Notes: a model not told the origin generated them from the letters alone. Positions 48,308 to 58,106 are shown, numbered from the stretch's first letter. The stretch is DNA of 64,000 bases from Candidatus Nomurabacteria bacterium RIFCSPHIGHO2_02_40_30 (GCA_001785445.1 MFTV01000016.1:159859-223858), one strand, 5' to 3'. A program made the numbers and translations.

Positions 48308-49512
48308 GGCTAAAAAGTTTAGAGAGTGTAAACTTGCAAGGCAAAACTATTCTTTATCGCGTGCCCTACGATATTGAGCTCGTGGAAATAAATGGCTCTC
48401 TAGGGCTCGCAGATGACATGCGCATAAAGGCAACGCTCTCAACTTTGCAGTATCTTTTAAAAGAAAATTGTAAGATTGTCATTTTGACTTATGTGGGGCG
48501 TCCTGATGGGAAAGTAGTGGAGAAACTTCGCACCACGCCTCATGCCAAAAGACTAAGCGAGCTTTTGGGTTGCAAGGTTGGTAAAGTGGATGACTGCATT
48601 GGAGAAGAGGTAGAAAGGAGAATTATAGCAATGCAGGCTGGAGATATTTTGATGCTGGAGAACGTAAGATTTTATAAAGAAGAGACTGATGATGATGATG
48701 AATTCGCCAAAAAACTCTGCATAGGCAAGGATTATATAGTGTTTGACGGTTTTCCTCAGGCGCACAGAATTCATGCATCTACCACTGGCATAGAACGGCA
48801 TTTACCGGCTGTTGCAGGTCTCTATCTTGAAAGTGAAGTTAAAATGCTGTCTAAATTACTGGAGAGTCCGGAACGCCCCTTCACTGTAATTATCGGTGGG
48901 GCAAAAATTTCTGATAAAGTGGATGCAGTAAATAATTTATTAAAAATAGCCGATAAAGTTTTAGTCGGCGGAGCTGTCGCCAATGTTTTCCTTAAAGCAC
49001 AAGGTCACGAACTTGGGTCTTCTTTCGTTGAGGATGTTTTTGTCGATGAAAAAAAGCGTGAGAAAAAAGACTGGGTCGTATATGCCAAAGAAATATTGGA
49101 AACATATAAAGATAAAATTATTTGTCCGACTGATTTGGTAATATCTGATGGTGTATCAACCAAGGTTATCAATATCACTTTTGATAAAGTGCCGGAGAAT
49201 TGGGCGGCGCTTGATATTGGTCCTGAAACACAAAAAATGTTTTCAGATATTATAGAAAAATCCAAAACAGTTTTTCTGGCCGGTCCCATGGGCAAGTTTG
49301 AAGACAAAAATTTTACACAAGGGTCAGAAGCAATACTTACTGCTATGAAAAAGGTAAATGGAGAGACCATTATTGCCGGTGGAGATACCATTGCCATGAC
49401 GCGCCAGTACGGAAATCTGGAAGATTATTCGCACGTGAGCCTTGCCGCTGGCGCAACTTTGGAATTTTTAGCCGGTAAAACTCTCCCGGCTCTCATGCCA
49501 CTTATGCGATAG
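48304..49512 (+). CDS. pgk: Phosphoglycerate kinase
   Basis: LQGKTILYRVPYD; VIIGGAKISDKV; AGGDT; 4-nt overlap with tpiA. Confidence 0.9.
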   Translation: MRLKSLESVNLQGKTILYRVPYDIELVEINGSLGLADDMRIKATLSTLQYLLKENCKIVILTYVGRPDGKVVEKLRTTPHAKRLSELLGCKVGKVDDCIGEEVERRIIAMQAGDILMLENVRFYKEETDDDDEFAKKLCIGKDYIVFDGFPQAHRIHASTTGIERHLPAVAGLYLESEVKMLSKLLESPERPFTVIIGGAKISDKVDAVNNLLKIADKVLVGGAVANVFLKAQGHELGSSFVEDVFVDEKKREKKDWVVYAKEILETYKDKIICPTDLVISDGVSTKVINITFDKVPENWAALDIGPETQKMFSDIIEKSKTVFLAGPMGKFEDKNFTQGSEAILTAMKKVNGETIIAGGDTIAMTRQYGNLEDYSHVSLAAGATLEFLAGKTLPALMPLMR

Positions 49513-49909
49513 CAGAAATAATTTTTTTTATTACCTCGTCTACTTCTCCTTTTTCATATTTTTTGGTGGCAAATTTAGGCAGACCGTCGCTGAAATATCT
49601 TGGAATCAAATGTATATGGAAATGCGGTACGTCTGTCCCTCCCACGGAGACTTGCACATAGTCGCATGATAATCCATTTTTTATGGAGAGCATTAATTTT
49701 TTAACTAATTTAAAAATCTCCGACACGGTTTCATCATCGGCTTCCTGCATCCAGACGAAATGCTTTTTAGGTATGACGAGGATATGGCCGCTGGAGACCG
49801 GCTCTATATCTAAAAAGGCGAAGAAACTATCATTTTCATAAATCTTGTCGCAAGGAATTTCTTTGTTTATAATTTTGCAAAAAATACAATCATTCATAGA
49901 AAGTTTCAC
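49502..49909 (-). CDS. HIT-family nucleotide hydrolase (probable GTG start, or the internal Met)
   Basis: Histidine-triad motif VPHFHIHLIP; 135 aa. Confidence 0.8.
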   Translation of the reverse strand: MKLSMNDCIFCKIINKEIPCDKIYENDSFFAFLDIEPVSSGHILVIPKKHFVWMQEADDETVSEIFKLVKKLMLSIKNGLSCDYVQVSVGGTDVPHFHIHLIPRYFSDGLPKFATKKYEKGEVDEVIKKIISAIA

Positions 49910-49920
49910 AAAATCAAAGT

Positions 49921-49976
49921 TTTTTCAGGTCCTCGGTTTCCTGGGGCCCCGCGCCCCAGCCAGACCATTCAAAAAC
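49921..49976. repeat. Intergenic copy of the GC-rich palindromic mini-element also found inside ksgA
   Basis: The reverse complement gtttttgaatggtctggctggggcgcggggccccaggaaaccgaggacctgaaaaa matches the ksgA copy in both arms, while the central stem differs but keeps self-complementarity (cggg...cccg vs tggggc...gcccca). Confidence 0.55.
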
Positions 49977-50020
49977 TTTATTTTGCAAAACTTTCTATAT
50001 TATATGCTAAAATTCCACTT

Positions 50021-51700
50021 ATGCAAAAGTATGGTGAATTACTGCGGACTCTTTTAGCAAAGAGAGGCATTACGGACGAGGCGCAAGCGGAGATTTTTCT
50101 GGAACCCGATTATCAAAGAGATTTGCATGACCCATTTTTAATGCGTGACATGGAGAAGGCTTGCGTTCGGCTCTTTGAAGCCATAGATAACAATGAAAAG
50201 ATAGTTATTTACGCTGATTATGATTGTGACGGCATTCCGGGAGCAGTAATATTACAAGATTTGTTTAGAGAAATAAAATATACGAACTACGAGGTCTATA
50301 TTCCACAGAGGAATTCCGAAGGCTACGGGCTCAACTTAGATGCTGTTAAAGATTTTGCAAATTCTAATGTGAAGTTAATAATAACCATTGATTTGGGGAT
50401 TACTGCTGTGGCTGAAGTAGCCCAAGCAGAAGTAGACGGCATAGATATAATAATTACCGACCATCACTTGCCTCGCCAAAGCGAGAGCAACGGCGGGCTT
50501 GCTTTCAATTTGCCACGCGCCTATGCTATTTTGAACCCAAAGGTAGATAATTACCCTGAAAAAATGCTCTGTGGCGCCGGAGTGATGTTTAAATTTGTGC
50601 AAGGATTTTTAAAAAAATATGGCGAATACTTCAAGGTAAAAGAAGGTGTAGAAAAATGGATGCTCGACATGGCTGGCGTTGCTACACTTTCCGACATGGT
50701 GCCACTTGTCGGTGAGAACAGGGCACTAGCTTATTTCGGCATGAAAGTTTTAAGAAAATCTCCGCGTCCTGGCTTGCAGAAACTTTTAGCAAAACTAAAC
50801 ATCGAGCAGAAATATCTTTCAGAAGATGACTTAGGCTTTATGGTAACTCCGAGGCTGAACGCCGCTTCACGCATGGATGACCCGATGCGAGCTTTTGAGT
50901 TACTTTCTACTGATGATGAAGTACAGGCTGAAGCGTTAGTGAAACATTTATCAAGAATAAATGATGAGAGAAAAAGTATTGTCACAGGAATCATGCGGGA
51001 TGTAAATAAGAATTTTGATAAGCGCCAAATGAATGAGGTAATAGTTATCGGCAATCCCGCTTGGCGTGTGGGGGTTCTGGGGCTAGTGGCAGGTAAAATT
51101 TGTGACGAATATCAAAAGCCTGTATTTGTGTGGGGCAAAGACGAGAATGAATGCATCAAGGGTTCTTGCCGTAGTGATGGCTCGGTGTCGGTAGTGGAGT
51201 TAATGACAGCTTCAAGCGAATCTTTCATTGATTTCGGTGGGCATGAGCTCGCAGGGGGGTTCACGGTTGAAAATGAAAAAATTCATTTCTTAGAAGAAGC
51301 TTTGTCTCTATCTTTTACAAAAGTGCAAAGACCTAAAAAAGAAAATGTAACAAGTTACGACATCAAATCTGACTTAAGCATAGTAAATATGAAAAATTGG
51401 CGAGAGATAGAAAAGCTTGTACCCTTCGGGCTCGCTAATCCAAAGCCTGTTTTTCTTTTTGAAGGTGTTAAGATAGAAAATATAAAAAAATTCGGCAAAA
51501 ATGGTTCGGGTGAGCATTTGGAAATTATTTTCTCTGATGTAAAAAAGAGTAAAGCTAAAGCTATCTCTTTTTTTTCTAATATAGACTCTTTTAAAAATAC
51601 TTTATCAGAAGGATTAAAGCTAAATTTACTGGCCACTTTTGACTTATCTCGCTTCAGGGGGAGAGAAGAGCTAAGACTTCGAATTATTGATATACTTTAG
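50021..51700 (+). CDS. recJ: Single-stranded-DNA-specific exonuclease RecJ
   Basis: DHH motifs (IYADYDCDGI, ITDHHLP), DHHA1 region; 559 aa. Confidence 0.85.
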   Translation: MQKYGELLRTLLAKRGITDEAQAEIFLEPDYQRDLHDPFLMRDMEKACVRLFEAIDNNEKIVIYADYDCDGIPGAVILQDLFREIKYTNYEVYIPQRNSEGYGLNLDAVKDFANSNVKLIITIDLGITAVAEVAQAEVDGIDIIITDHHLPRQSESNGGLAFNLPRAYAILNPKVDNYPEKMLCGAGVMFKFVQGFLKKYGEYFKVKEGVEKWMLDMAGVATLSDMVPLVGENRALAYFGMKVLRKSPRPGLQKLLAKLNIEQKYLSEDDLGFMVTPRLNAASRMDDPMRAFELLSTDDEVQAEALVKHLSRINDERKSIVTGIMRDVNKNFDKRQMNEVIVIGNPAWRVGVLGLVAGKICDEYQKPVFVWGKDENECIKGSCRSDGSVSVVELMTASSESFIDFGGHELAGGFTVENEKIHFLEEALSLSFTKVQRPKKENVTSYDIKSDLSIVNMKNWREIEKLVPFGLANPKPVFLFEGVKIENIKKFGKNGSGEHLEIIFSDVKKSKAKAISFFSNIDSFKNTLSEGLKLNLLATFDLSRFRGREELRLRIIDIL

Positions 51701-51702
51701 TC

Positions 51703-52179
51703 ATGCTAAAAAAGGAGATACACATATATACAGATGGAGCGGCGAGGGGGAATCCGGGGCCTGCCGGCTGGGGAGCAGTTTTCTTAGTGGGTACAAAGGT
51801 TTTTGAGATGGGCGGTAGGGCCGACCATGCTACCAACAACATTATGGAGCTTACGGCGCCAATAGAGACTCTCAAATATGTTAAAAAGCATAAAATAGAA
51901 GCCGAGATACTGTTTTTTGCCGATTCAAAATATGTGATAACAGGCATCAACGAGTGGATACATAATTGGCTGAAAAATAACTGGCGCACAGCCAACAAGA
52001 AGCCAGTATTAAATCAAGAGCTTTGGCAAGAACTTCATGCATTAAATCAAGAATTTAAAGCGAAATGGCATTACGTAAAAGGCCACAACGGCGACAAATG
52101 GAACGACCGAGCGGATGAAATAGCTACCAGCTTTGCCGACGATGCTCCGGTGGCTCTCAAGAAAAATAAATTATTTTGA
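51703..52179 (+). CDS. rnhA: Ribonuclease HI
   Basis: IYTDGAARGNPGPAGWGAV; NNIMELTAPIETL; ADSKYV; HYVKGHNGDKWNDRADEIA; ends in TGA abutting the comEC ATG. Confidence 0.85.
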   Translation: MLKKEIHIYTDGAARGNPGPAGWGAVFLVGTKVFEMGGRADHATNNIMELTAPIETLKYVKKHKIEAEILFFADSKYVITGINEWIHNWLKNNWRTANKKPVLNQELWQELHALNQEFKAKWHYVKGHNGDKWNDRADEIATSFADDAPVALKKNKLF

Positions 52180-53628
52180 ATGCGGGACAGGATTTTCTAC
52201 TCAATATGTTTTGGTTTTGTGCTTGGAGTACTGTGGGGTTCTTTTGTTTCTACAGATTTGTATTTGGTTTTCTTATTTGCTGAGATTGCTTTTGCGCTAT
52301 TTTTATTCTTTTCTTTAATTTCCCAAAATAGCTGGGGGATTATCGCAAGTATTTTTATTTTGACTTTTGTTTTTGGCTTATGGAGATTCAGCATAGCAGA
52401 CAGAGTTGCGCCAATTGTGGTTTCTATGCATGGCGAGATAGTGGATGAACCGACCATGGGAGAAAATAATCAAAAGTTGATAGTGCAAACCAAAGAAACT
52501 ATAATTTTAATTACTACTGATTTTGAAAATAATTATAAATACGGGGATATAATCAATTTTTCCGGTAAACTGGAAAAACCAGAAAACTTTATTACCGACC
52601 AAGGCAAAGAATTTGATTATATAAATTATTTAAGAAAAGATGGTATTTTTTATGTAATAAGTTTCCCCAAAGTAGAGATTATCTCACGAGGGAATGGTAA
52701 TTTTATTCAAGCTTTTTTATTTTCTGTTAAAGAGAAGTTTCTAGAAAAAATGAATCTGGCAATACAGACTCCAGAGAGTCTCTTGATGGGGGGTCTTATT
52801 TTGGGAGAAAAAGCTTCTTTTAGTGCCCCAATGAGGAAAAGTTTTGTTGATACCGGAACGATACATATAATAGCGCTCTCTGGCTATAATGTGACGATAG
52901 TGGCCGAATGGCTTATGAAGTTGTTTGCCCAAATACCCTATGCGTCCAAAAATCTTGGTATTGGTATAGGGATTTTCACAATCTTACTTTTCGTATTAAT
53001 GACAGGTGGCAGCTCCACAGCCATCCGGGCGGGGATTATGGCAGTTTTAGCATTAATTGCCCGTGCGACCGGCAGAAATTATGATGTCGCGCGGGCTCTC
53101 ATTCTGGCGGGGGTATTTATGATTTTACTCAATCCATTTGTGCTGGTGTATGACGTGTCTTTTCAGCTTTCTTTCATCGCTACAGTGGCGGTGATATTTT
53201 TTACACCAAAGATAGAAAAGTATTTTTTATGGGTGACGAAAAGTTTTGGTCTGCGAGACATTATTTCTGTTACCTGCGCCACATATATTTTCATCATGCC
53301 TTTTATTCTTTACAAAATGGGCAATCTTTCCATAGTAGCTCTGCCCGCTAATATTTTAATTCTTCCCCTTATTCCATTTACTATGTTCCTCGGTTTTCTC
53401 ACAAGTTTTGTAGGGCTTATTTCTTATGTACCTTCTGTGCCATTAGGCTATATTTCGTACTTATTTCTACACTACGAGCTTGGCGTTATAAATTTTTTCG
53501 CAAATATTCCTTTTGCCTCTCTTTCATTTCCTAATTTTCCATTTTTACTAACACTAGCTATCTACGCATATTTTATTTACGTGCTTTTCGGCAAAAGTGT
53601 TAAAAAAACTTTTGAAACAAATTTTTAA
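52180..53628 (+). CDS. comEC: DNA internalisation competence protein ComEC/Rec2, membrane channel portion (DUF4131 plus competence domain) without the C-terminal MBL domain
   Basis: Multiple TM helices; competence-domain motif LLMGGLILGEKASFSAPMRKSFVDTGTIHIIALSGYNVTIVAEWL. Confidence 0.75.
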   Translation: MRDRIFYSICFGFVLGVLWGSFVSTDLYLVFLFAEIAFALFLFFSLISQNSWGIIASIFILTFVFGLWRFSIADRVAPIVVSMHGEIVDEPTMGENNQKLIVQTKETIILITTDFENNYKYGDIINFSGKLEKPENFITDQGKEFDYINYLRKDGIFYVISFPKVEIISRGNGNFIQAFLFSVKEKFLEKMNLAIQTPESLLMGGLILGEKASFSAPMRKSFVDTGTIHIIALSGYNVTIVAEWLMKLFAQIPYASKNLGIGIGIFTILLFVLMTGGSSTAIRAGIMAVLALIARATGRNYDVARALILAGVFMILLNPFVLVYDVSFQLSFIATVAVIFFTPKIEKYFLWVTKSFGLRDIISVTCATYIFIMPFILYKMGNLSIVALPANILILPLIPFTMFLGFLTSFVGLISYVPSVPLGYISYLFLHYELGVINFFANIPFASLSFPNFPFLLTLAIYAYFIYVLFGKSVKKTFETNF

Positions 53629-53708
53629 GGGGTTTTGAGCTCGACGGAGCGAAAACTTCAAGATTTTTTAAGCTTCAAAAAATCTGTACCGACAAAAATT
53701 TCGGTTTC
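53629..53708. terminator. Conserved multi-hairpin intergenic module, copy 2, between convergent comEC and sodA
   Basis: ggggttttgagctcgacggagcgaaaacttcaagattttttaagcttcaaaaaatctgtaccgacaaaaatttcggt; same architecture as copy 1, with compensatory changes in hairpin 1 (gctc/gagc vs ggct/agcc). Confidence 0.55.
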
Positions 53709-53719
53709 TAAAGTTTTTT

Positions 53720-54391
53720 TTATAAAGCCTCTTTGAAGTTTTTTTCTATTACTTCCCAGTTTAAGTTTACGAAAAAGTCTTCCACGTAATCTTTTTTCCC
53801 ACCCGGGCTATAGTCTGCGATGTAGGCATGTTCCCACATATCCAAGGCGAGTACCACAGCGCATCCGGAGAGCTGTCCGAGCTCATGATCTCCGACATAA
53901 GCATTCAAGAGGCATTTGTCTTTTTTGTCATAATACAGCATCGCCCAGCCGATGCCTCGGCTCATGGCTATGGCCTTGAAACGAGCGAGCCAAGCTTCAA
54001 AGGAGCCCGAAGTAGATTCTATTGCCTTATGTAATTCTCCATCTTTTGAAATTATTTTTGCTCCGTTTGAAAGGGCGTCGAAGTATATTTCGTGGTTACG
54101 CATGCCATCATACTCGAAACCAAACCTTCTTTGTATTTCCCCCAGCTCGTAGGCATATTTCTCCGAGTCTTTTGCGAGCTCCTCTATTTTTTGTAAAATT
54201 AAATTTGTATTTTTTACATAGCCGGCATAGAGCTTCAAGTGGTCTTCAATGGTTTTGGCAGATATTCCTTTAAGTGCCGGGATGTTAAACTTTTTTTCTT
54301 CAAACTTCTTGAGCATGTTAATATTGTACCATGTTTCAAAGTCGCAAGAAGTATGCTCTGTTGATTTTCGCCCTGTTACTTTTGGTGGCAA
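53720..54391 (-). CDS. sodA: Fe/Mn superoxide dismutase
   Basis: N-terminal helical domain and C-terminal DMWEHAYIADY...NWEVIEKNF motif characteristic of Fe/Mn-SOD. Confidence 0.85.
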   Translation of the reverse strand: MPPKVTGRKSTEHTSCDFETWYNINMLKKFEEKKFNIPALKGISAKTIEDHLKLYAGYVKNTNLILQKIEELAKDSEKYAYELGEIQRRFGFEYDGMRNHEIYFDALSNGAKIISKDGELHKAIESTSGSFEAWLARFKAIAMSRGIGWAMLYYDKKDKCLLNAYVGDHELGQLSGCAVVLALDMWEHAYIADYSPGGKKDYVEDFFVNLNWEVIEKNFKEAL

Positions 54392-55200
54392 CTATGTACC
54401 TATTTTACCTTGACTTTAAAGGTTCTAATCAAGGTTTAACCTTTGCTATGCTAGATGTTGGTCAAGGAGACGCTCTTTTTATCGAGTCGCCCACCGGCAC
54501 ACAGATTATGTTTGACACGGGGTCGGCGCGTAGCGTCTTGGGTCAGCTCTCTAGAGTTATGTCTCCGTTTGATAAAAGTATTGATGCCGTAGTTGTTACC
54601 AATCCGGACGCAGACCATATAGCCGGCTTCATGGATATTTTGAAAAATTATAAAGTAGGCATGGTTTTTGAGCCGGGCACGGTAAATGATTCAAAAATAT
54701 ATCAAAATATTAAAACAGAAATAAAAAATAAAAACATTCCGAATATTTTAGCAAGAAAGGGGATGCGTTTAAATATTGGTGGCGGAGCTTTTATAGAAAT
54801 TTTATTTCCAGACAGAGATGTTTCTTTATGGGACACCAATGATGGCTCTATCATAGCGAAGTTAAGCTATGGCAAGATTTCCGTCATGCTTACTGGCGAC
54901 TCGACAATGCTGACAGAGAAAATAATTCTCAAGGAAAATTCCATAGGGAAACTCGCCAGTACTGTTTTAAAAGTCGGGCATCACGGCTCGCGGACTTCTA
55001 CCTCGGCAGACTTTGTAAAAACGGTGGCCCCAGCTTACGCGCTCATCTCTGACGGTAAAAATAATAAATACGGCCATCCGCACCAAGATACGCTAGACAC
55101 TCTGTCAAAATTTGGCGCGAAAGTTTTTCGGACAGACTTACTTGGTACTATAATCATGAAATCTGATGGGCAAAATGTGAAGTTTTCTTTTATGAAATAA
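54331..55200 (+). CDS. ComEC-type metallo-beta-lactamase-domain protein (separate C-terminal ComEC module with its own N-terminal TM); the start may be the internal Met at ~54394
   Basis: MBL motif AMLDVGQGDALFIESPTGTQIMFDTG...NPDADHIAG...VGHHGS as in the ComEC C-terminal domain; N-terminal hydrophobic helix; the ORF-track start overlaps the sodA 5' end. Confidence 0.7.
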   Translation: MFQSRKKYALLIFALLLLVATMYLFYLDFKGSNQGLTFAMLDVGQGDALFIESPTGTQIMFDTGSARSVLGQLSRVMSPFDKSIDAVVVTNPDADHIAGFMDILKNYKVGMVFEPGTVNDSKIYQNIKTEIKNKNIPNILARKGMRLNIGGGAFIEILFPDRDVSLWDTNDGSIIAKLSYGKISVMLTGDSTMLTEKIILKENSIGKLASTVLKVGHHGSRTSTSADFVKTVAPAYALISDGKNNKYGHPHQDTLDTLSKFGAKVFRTDLLGTIIMKSDGQNVKFSFMK

Positions 55201-55211
55201 TCTGTTATATT

Positions 55212-56405
55212 ATGAACATGCAAGATAAACAAATTGAGAAGCTTATTAAAAACGAGGAGAAAAGACAGAAAAGCATTATCAACTTAATTCCTTCTGAAAA
55301 CTATGTTTCTAAAGATGTTCTAACCGCCCTTGGGTCTATATTTGATAATAAATATGCTGAAGGCTACCCATACGCGAGATATTATGGAGGTCAAAGATAT
55401 ACAGATGAGCTAGAAACTCTTTGCCAAGACCGAGCCCGAAAACTCTTTAAGTTAAAAAAGGATTTTTGGCATGTAAATGTCCAGCCACTTTCAGGATCTC
55501 CTGCGAATTTGGCTGTGTACCTTGCCCTTGTTCCAAAAGGAGCGAAAGTTATGGGCCTACCTCTATCTTCCGGCGGGCATTTGACACACGCGCAGAAAGT
55601 TTCCATTACTGGTAAAGTCTGGGAACAATTACCCATAGTACTAGATTTGAAAACTGAACTTATCGACTATAAAAAAATGAAAGAGGATGCAGTCAGAGAA
55701 AAACCAGTTCTTATTATTGTTGGTTTTACCGCATATCCCCGAATTATTGATTTCAAAAAATGTCGAGAAATTGCAGATGCTTGCGGCGCGTATCTAATGG
55801 TAGATATGTCACACTTTGCTGGTCTTGTGGCAGGAGGTGTATATCCGACTCCGTTCCAATATGCAGATGTTGTTATGACTACCACTCACAAAACTCTCCG
55901 AGGCCCTCGAAGCGCAATTCTCTTTTCAAGAAAAGACAAAAAAATAGGCGACAAAAGTATCTCAACGCTTATCGATAAAGCCATATTCCCAGGTCTTCAG
56001 GGTGGACCGCATATGAGTCAAATTGCCGCTGTTGCAGTTATGCTAAAAGAAGATGATTCTCCAGCTTTTAAAAAATACACAAAACAAGTTCTTAAAAATG
56101 GGAAAGTATTAGCCAGTGAACTTATGCGACTAGGGTGGAGAATCGTTTCCGGTGGTACTGATTCCAATGTTATTTTGGTGGATACTTGGATGAATGGTAA
56201 AGGCATAGTCGGGAAAGAAGCCGAGGCCAAGCTCGAAAAAGCTGGAATTATTTGTAATAAAAATACTATTCCCGGAGAAACTCGTTCACCTTTTGACCCT
56301 TCTGGTATTCGTCTTGGTGCTCCCGCCGAGACAACAAGAGGTAAAAAAGAAAAAGATTTTATTTTGATTGCTAGAAAAATCGATAAAGTTTTGAAAGGGA
56401 AATAG
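55212..56405 (+). CDS. glyA: Serine hydroxymethyltransferase
   Basis: GYPYARYYGG; SGGHLTHG; PLP-binding site TTTHKTLRGPRSA. Confidence 0.9.
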   Translation: MNMQDKQIEKLIKNEEKRQKSIINLIPSENYVSKDVLTALGSIFDNKYAEGYPYARYYGGQRYTDELETLCQDRARKLFKLKKDFWHVNVQPLSGSPANLAVYLALVPKGAKVMGLPLSSGGHLTHAQKVSITGKVWEQLPIVLDLKTELIDYKKMKEDAVREKPVLIIVGFTAYPRIIDFKKCREIADACGAYLMVDMSHFAGLVAGGVYPTPFQYADVVMTTTHKTLRGPRSAILFSRKDKKIGDKSISTLIDKAIFPGLQGGPHMSQIAAVAVMLKEDDSPAFKKYTKQVLKNGKVLASELMRLGWRIVSGGTDSNVILVDTWMNGKGIVGKEAEAKLEKAGIICNKNTIPGETRSPFDPSGIRLGAPAETTRGKKEKDFILIARKIDKVLKGK

Positions 56406-56406
56406 A

Positions 56407-56778
56407 ATGGGAGCACACATTACATTAAACGATACGTTGCAGTTAACCCAAGAACAAGGGTTTCCTGTTGAGCTTAATTTGGAAAAGCATTTAGTTAGTC
56501 CTATTAGATTTGAAGATTTTAAAGGTAAAATTTTTGAGTTTAAAAACAAAGAAGATATTCGAGTGTATCAAGTTCCACCTGTCCGGAATTTTTTAGTGGA
56601 AAATAGAGGTGGTAAATGGATATATTGGGGTTTGGTGCATATTGTAGCTCTTACCTATGACTATGAGAATAAAATTACATCAGGGAAATTTAAAATTATT
56701 TACATCAATACTCCCGAAGAAATGAAAAAAGCTTACGAACTCGCTGATCGTCGCCCTAATTTAAACTACTTTACTTAA
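56407..56778 (+). CDS. Hypothetical small protein
   Basis: 123-aa ORF tightly packed between glyA and the CYTH gene; no recognisable motif. Confidence 0.4.
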   Translation: MGAHITLNDTLQLTQEQGFPVELNLEKHLVSPIRFEDFKGKIFEFKNKEDIRVYQVPPVRNFLVENRGGKWIYWGLVHIVALTYDYENKITSGKFKIIYINTPEEMKKAYELADRRPNLNYFT

Positions 56779-56800
56779 AAAAGTGCAAAATAAATAATTT

Positions 56801-57340
56801 ATGATTGAAGTTGAAAAAAAGTTTCAGCCAACAGAAGAACAGTTGAAAGTGCTTCTCGAAGGAGCAGAATTTTTGGGTGAGAAAATAGTGCATGATATTT
56901 ACTACGATTATAGTGATTATCGACTTCTGAAAAAAGATGTAAGATTGCGTAATAGAAATAACTTTTTTGAATTAAAAGTTGGCAAATCTTCCGGAGTAAG
57001 CCAAGAAATAGAAAAAAGGGAAGATATTGAGAAGTATTTTAGTACTAGTAACTTGGGAGAATTTATACAAAAAAACCTTGTTGTTATTATTGACTATCAG
57101 TCAAAAAGACAAAAATATAAAAAGGAAAATTTCAGTATTGATTTAGATGAGATGAATTTCGGATATAAGCTTTGCGAGATTGAGCTTTTAGTTGAAAAAG
57201 AGGAGCAAGTAAAAGATGCAGAAAATAAAATAATTGATTTTGCCCAAAAGTATAATTTTGATTTTAAAAGAATTCTTTCAAAAAGATTCGAATTTCTAAG
57301 GAAATTCAAGCCAGAAATTTACAAGGAACTCCGTAAATAA
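56801..57340 (+). CDS. CYTH-domain protein (triphosphate tunnel metalloenzyme family)
   Basis: N-terminal MIEVEKKF matches the ExExK signature of CYTH/CyaB-ThTPase proteins; size 179 aa. Confidence 0.45.
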   Translation: MIEVEKKFQPTEEQLKVLLEGAEFLGEKIVHDIYYDYSDYRLLKKDVRLRNRNNFFELKVGKSSGVSQEIEKREDIEKYFSTSNLGEFIQKNLVVIIDYQSKRQKYKKENFSIDLDEMNFGYKLCEIELLVEKEEQVKDAENKIIDFAQKYNFDFKRILSKRFEFLRKFKPEIYKELRK

Positions 57341-57381
57341 AAACAGTTTTGTTTTAAGGCTTTTTCTGCTATATTTTCTCT

Positions 57382-58083
57382 ATGGCAAAGAAAGGCAAAC
57401 TCATAGTAATAGACGGCACGGATAGCAGCGGAAAAGCCACGCAGACAGAACTTCTGATTAGGCATTTGAAACACGACGGTCGCAAAGTAAAAGTGGTGGA
57501 TTTTCCAGATTATTATTCAAACTTTTTCGGCAAATTTATCGGCCACTGTCTTTCCGAGCAGTATTATAATTTCGTGAAGGTACATCCCAAAATCGCTTCG
57601 GTGCTTTATGCGGCAGACCGATTCGAATCAAAAGATAAAACAAAAAAATGGCTTAAGAATGGATATATAGTAGTTGCCAACAGATATGCTAGCGCAAATC
57701 AAATCCACCAAGGTGGGAAAATCGAGAGTACGAAGAAAAGGGAGAATTTTCTTAAATGGCTGGCAGAGATGGAGTATGAAGTTTTTAAAATTCCCAAACC
57801 GGACGTCGTGGTTTATTTAGACGTTCCTATTCCCATAGTGCTGAAGTTAATAAAAGAGAGAAATAAAAATAGCCATAGAAGCTATCTAGGCAATAAAAAA
57901 GCAAAGAAAGTTGATGTCCATGAAAAAAATGTTAAATTTTTGGAAAATTCTCGCAAGAGCGCCCTCTGGCTCGCCAAAACTCAAAAGGGTTGGATTAAAA
58001 TAGACTGCATTAAAAATGGAATTATAGATACTCGTGAAAATATTCATAAAGAAATTTACGCAAAAGTTAAAAAGATTATTTAA
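57382..58083 (+). CDS. tmk: Thymidylate kinase-like nucleoside monophosphate kinase
   Basis: P-loop GKLIVIDGTDSSGKATQ; LYAADRFE (cf. Tmk LFAADRxE); VANRYASANQIHQG lid-region similarity. Confidence 0.55.
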   Translation: MAKKGKLIVIDGTDSSGKATQTELLIRHLKHDGRKVKVVDFPDYYSNFFGKFIGHCLSEQYYNFVKVHPKIASVLYAADRFESKDKTKKWLKNGYIVVANRYASANQIHQGGKIESTKKRENFLKWLAEMEYEVFKIPKPDVVVYLDVPIPIVLKLIKERNKNSHRSYLGNKKAKKVDVHEKNVKFLENSRKSALWLAKTQKGWIKIDCIKNGIIDTRENIHKEIYAKVKKII

Positions 58084-58106
58084 AAGTAAAGTATTAAAAA
58101 CTTGTT

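Noticed and set aside
52170-52185. Possible alternative genetic code (UGA recoding, as in some CPR lineages)
   Set aside because: rnhA ends with TGA immediately followed by the comEC ATG. No conserved protein in the window requires read-through of TGA. The standard code explains all genes except the single TAA inside the NUDIX gene.
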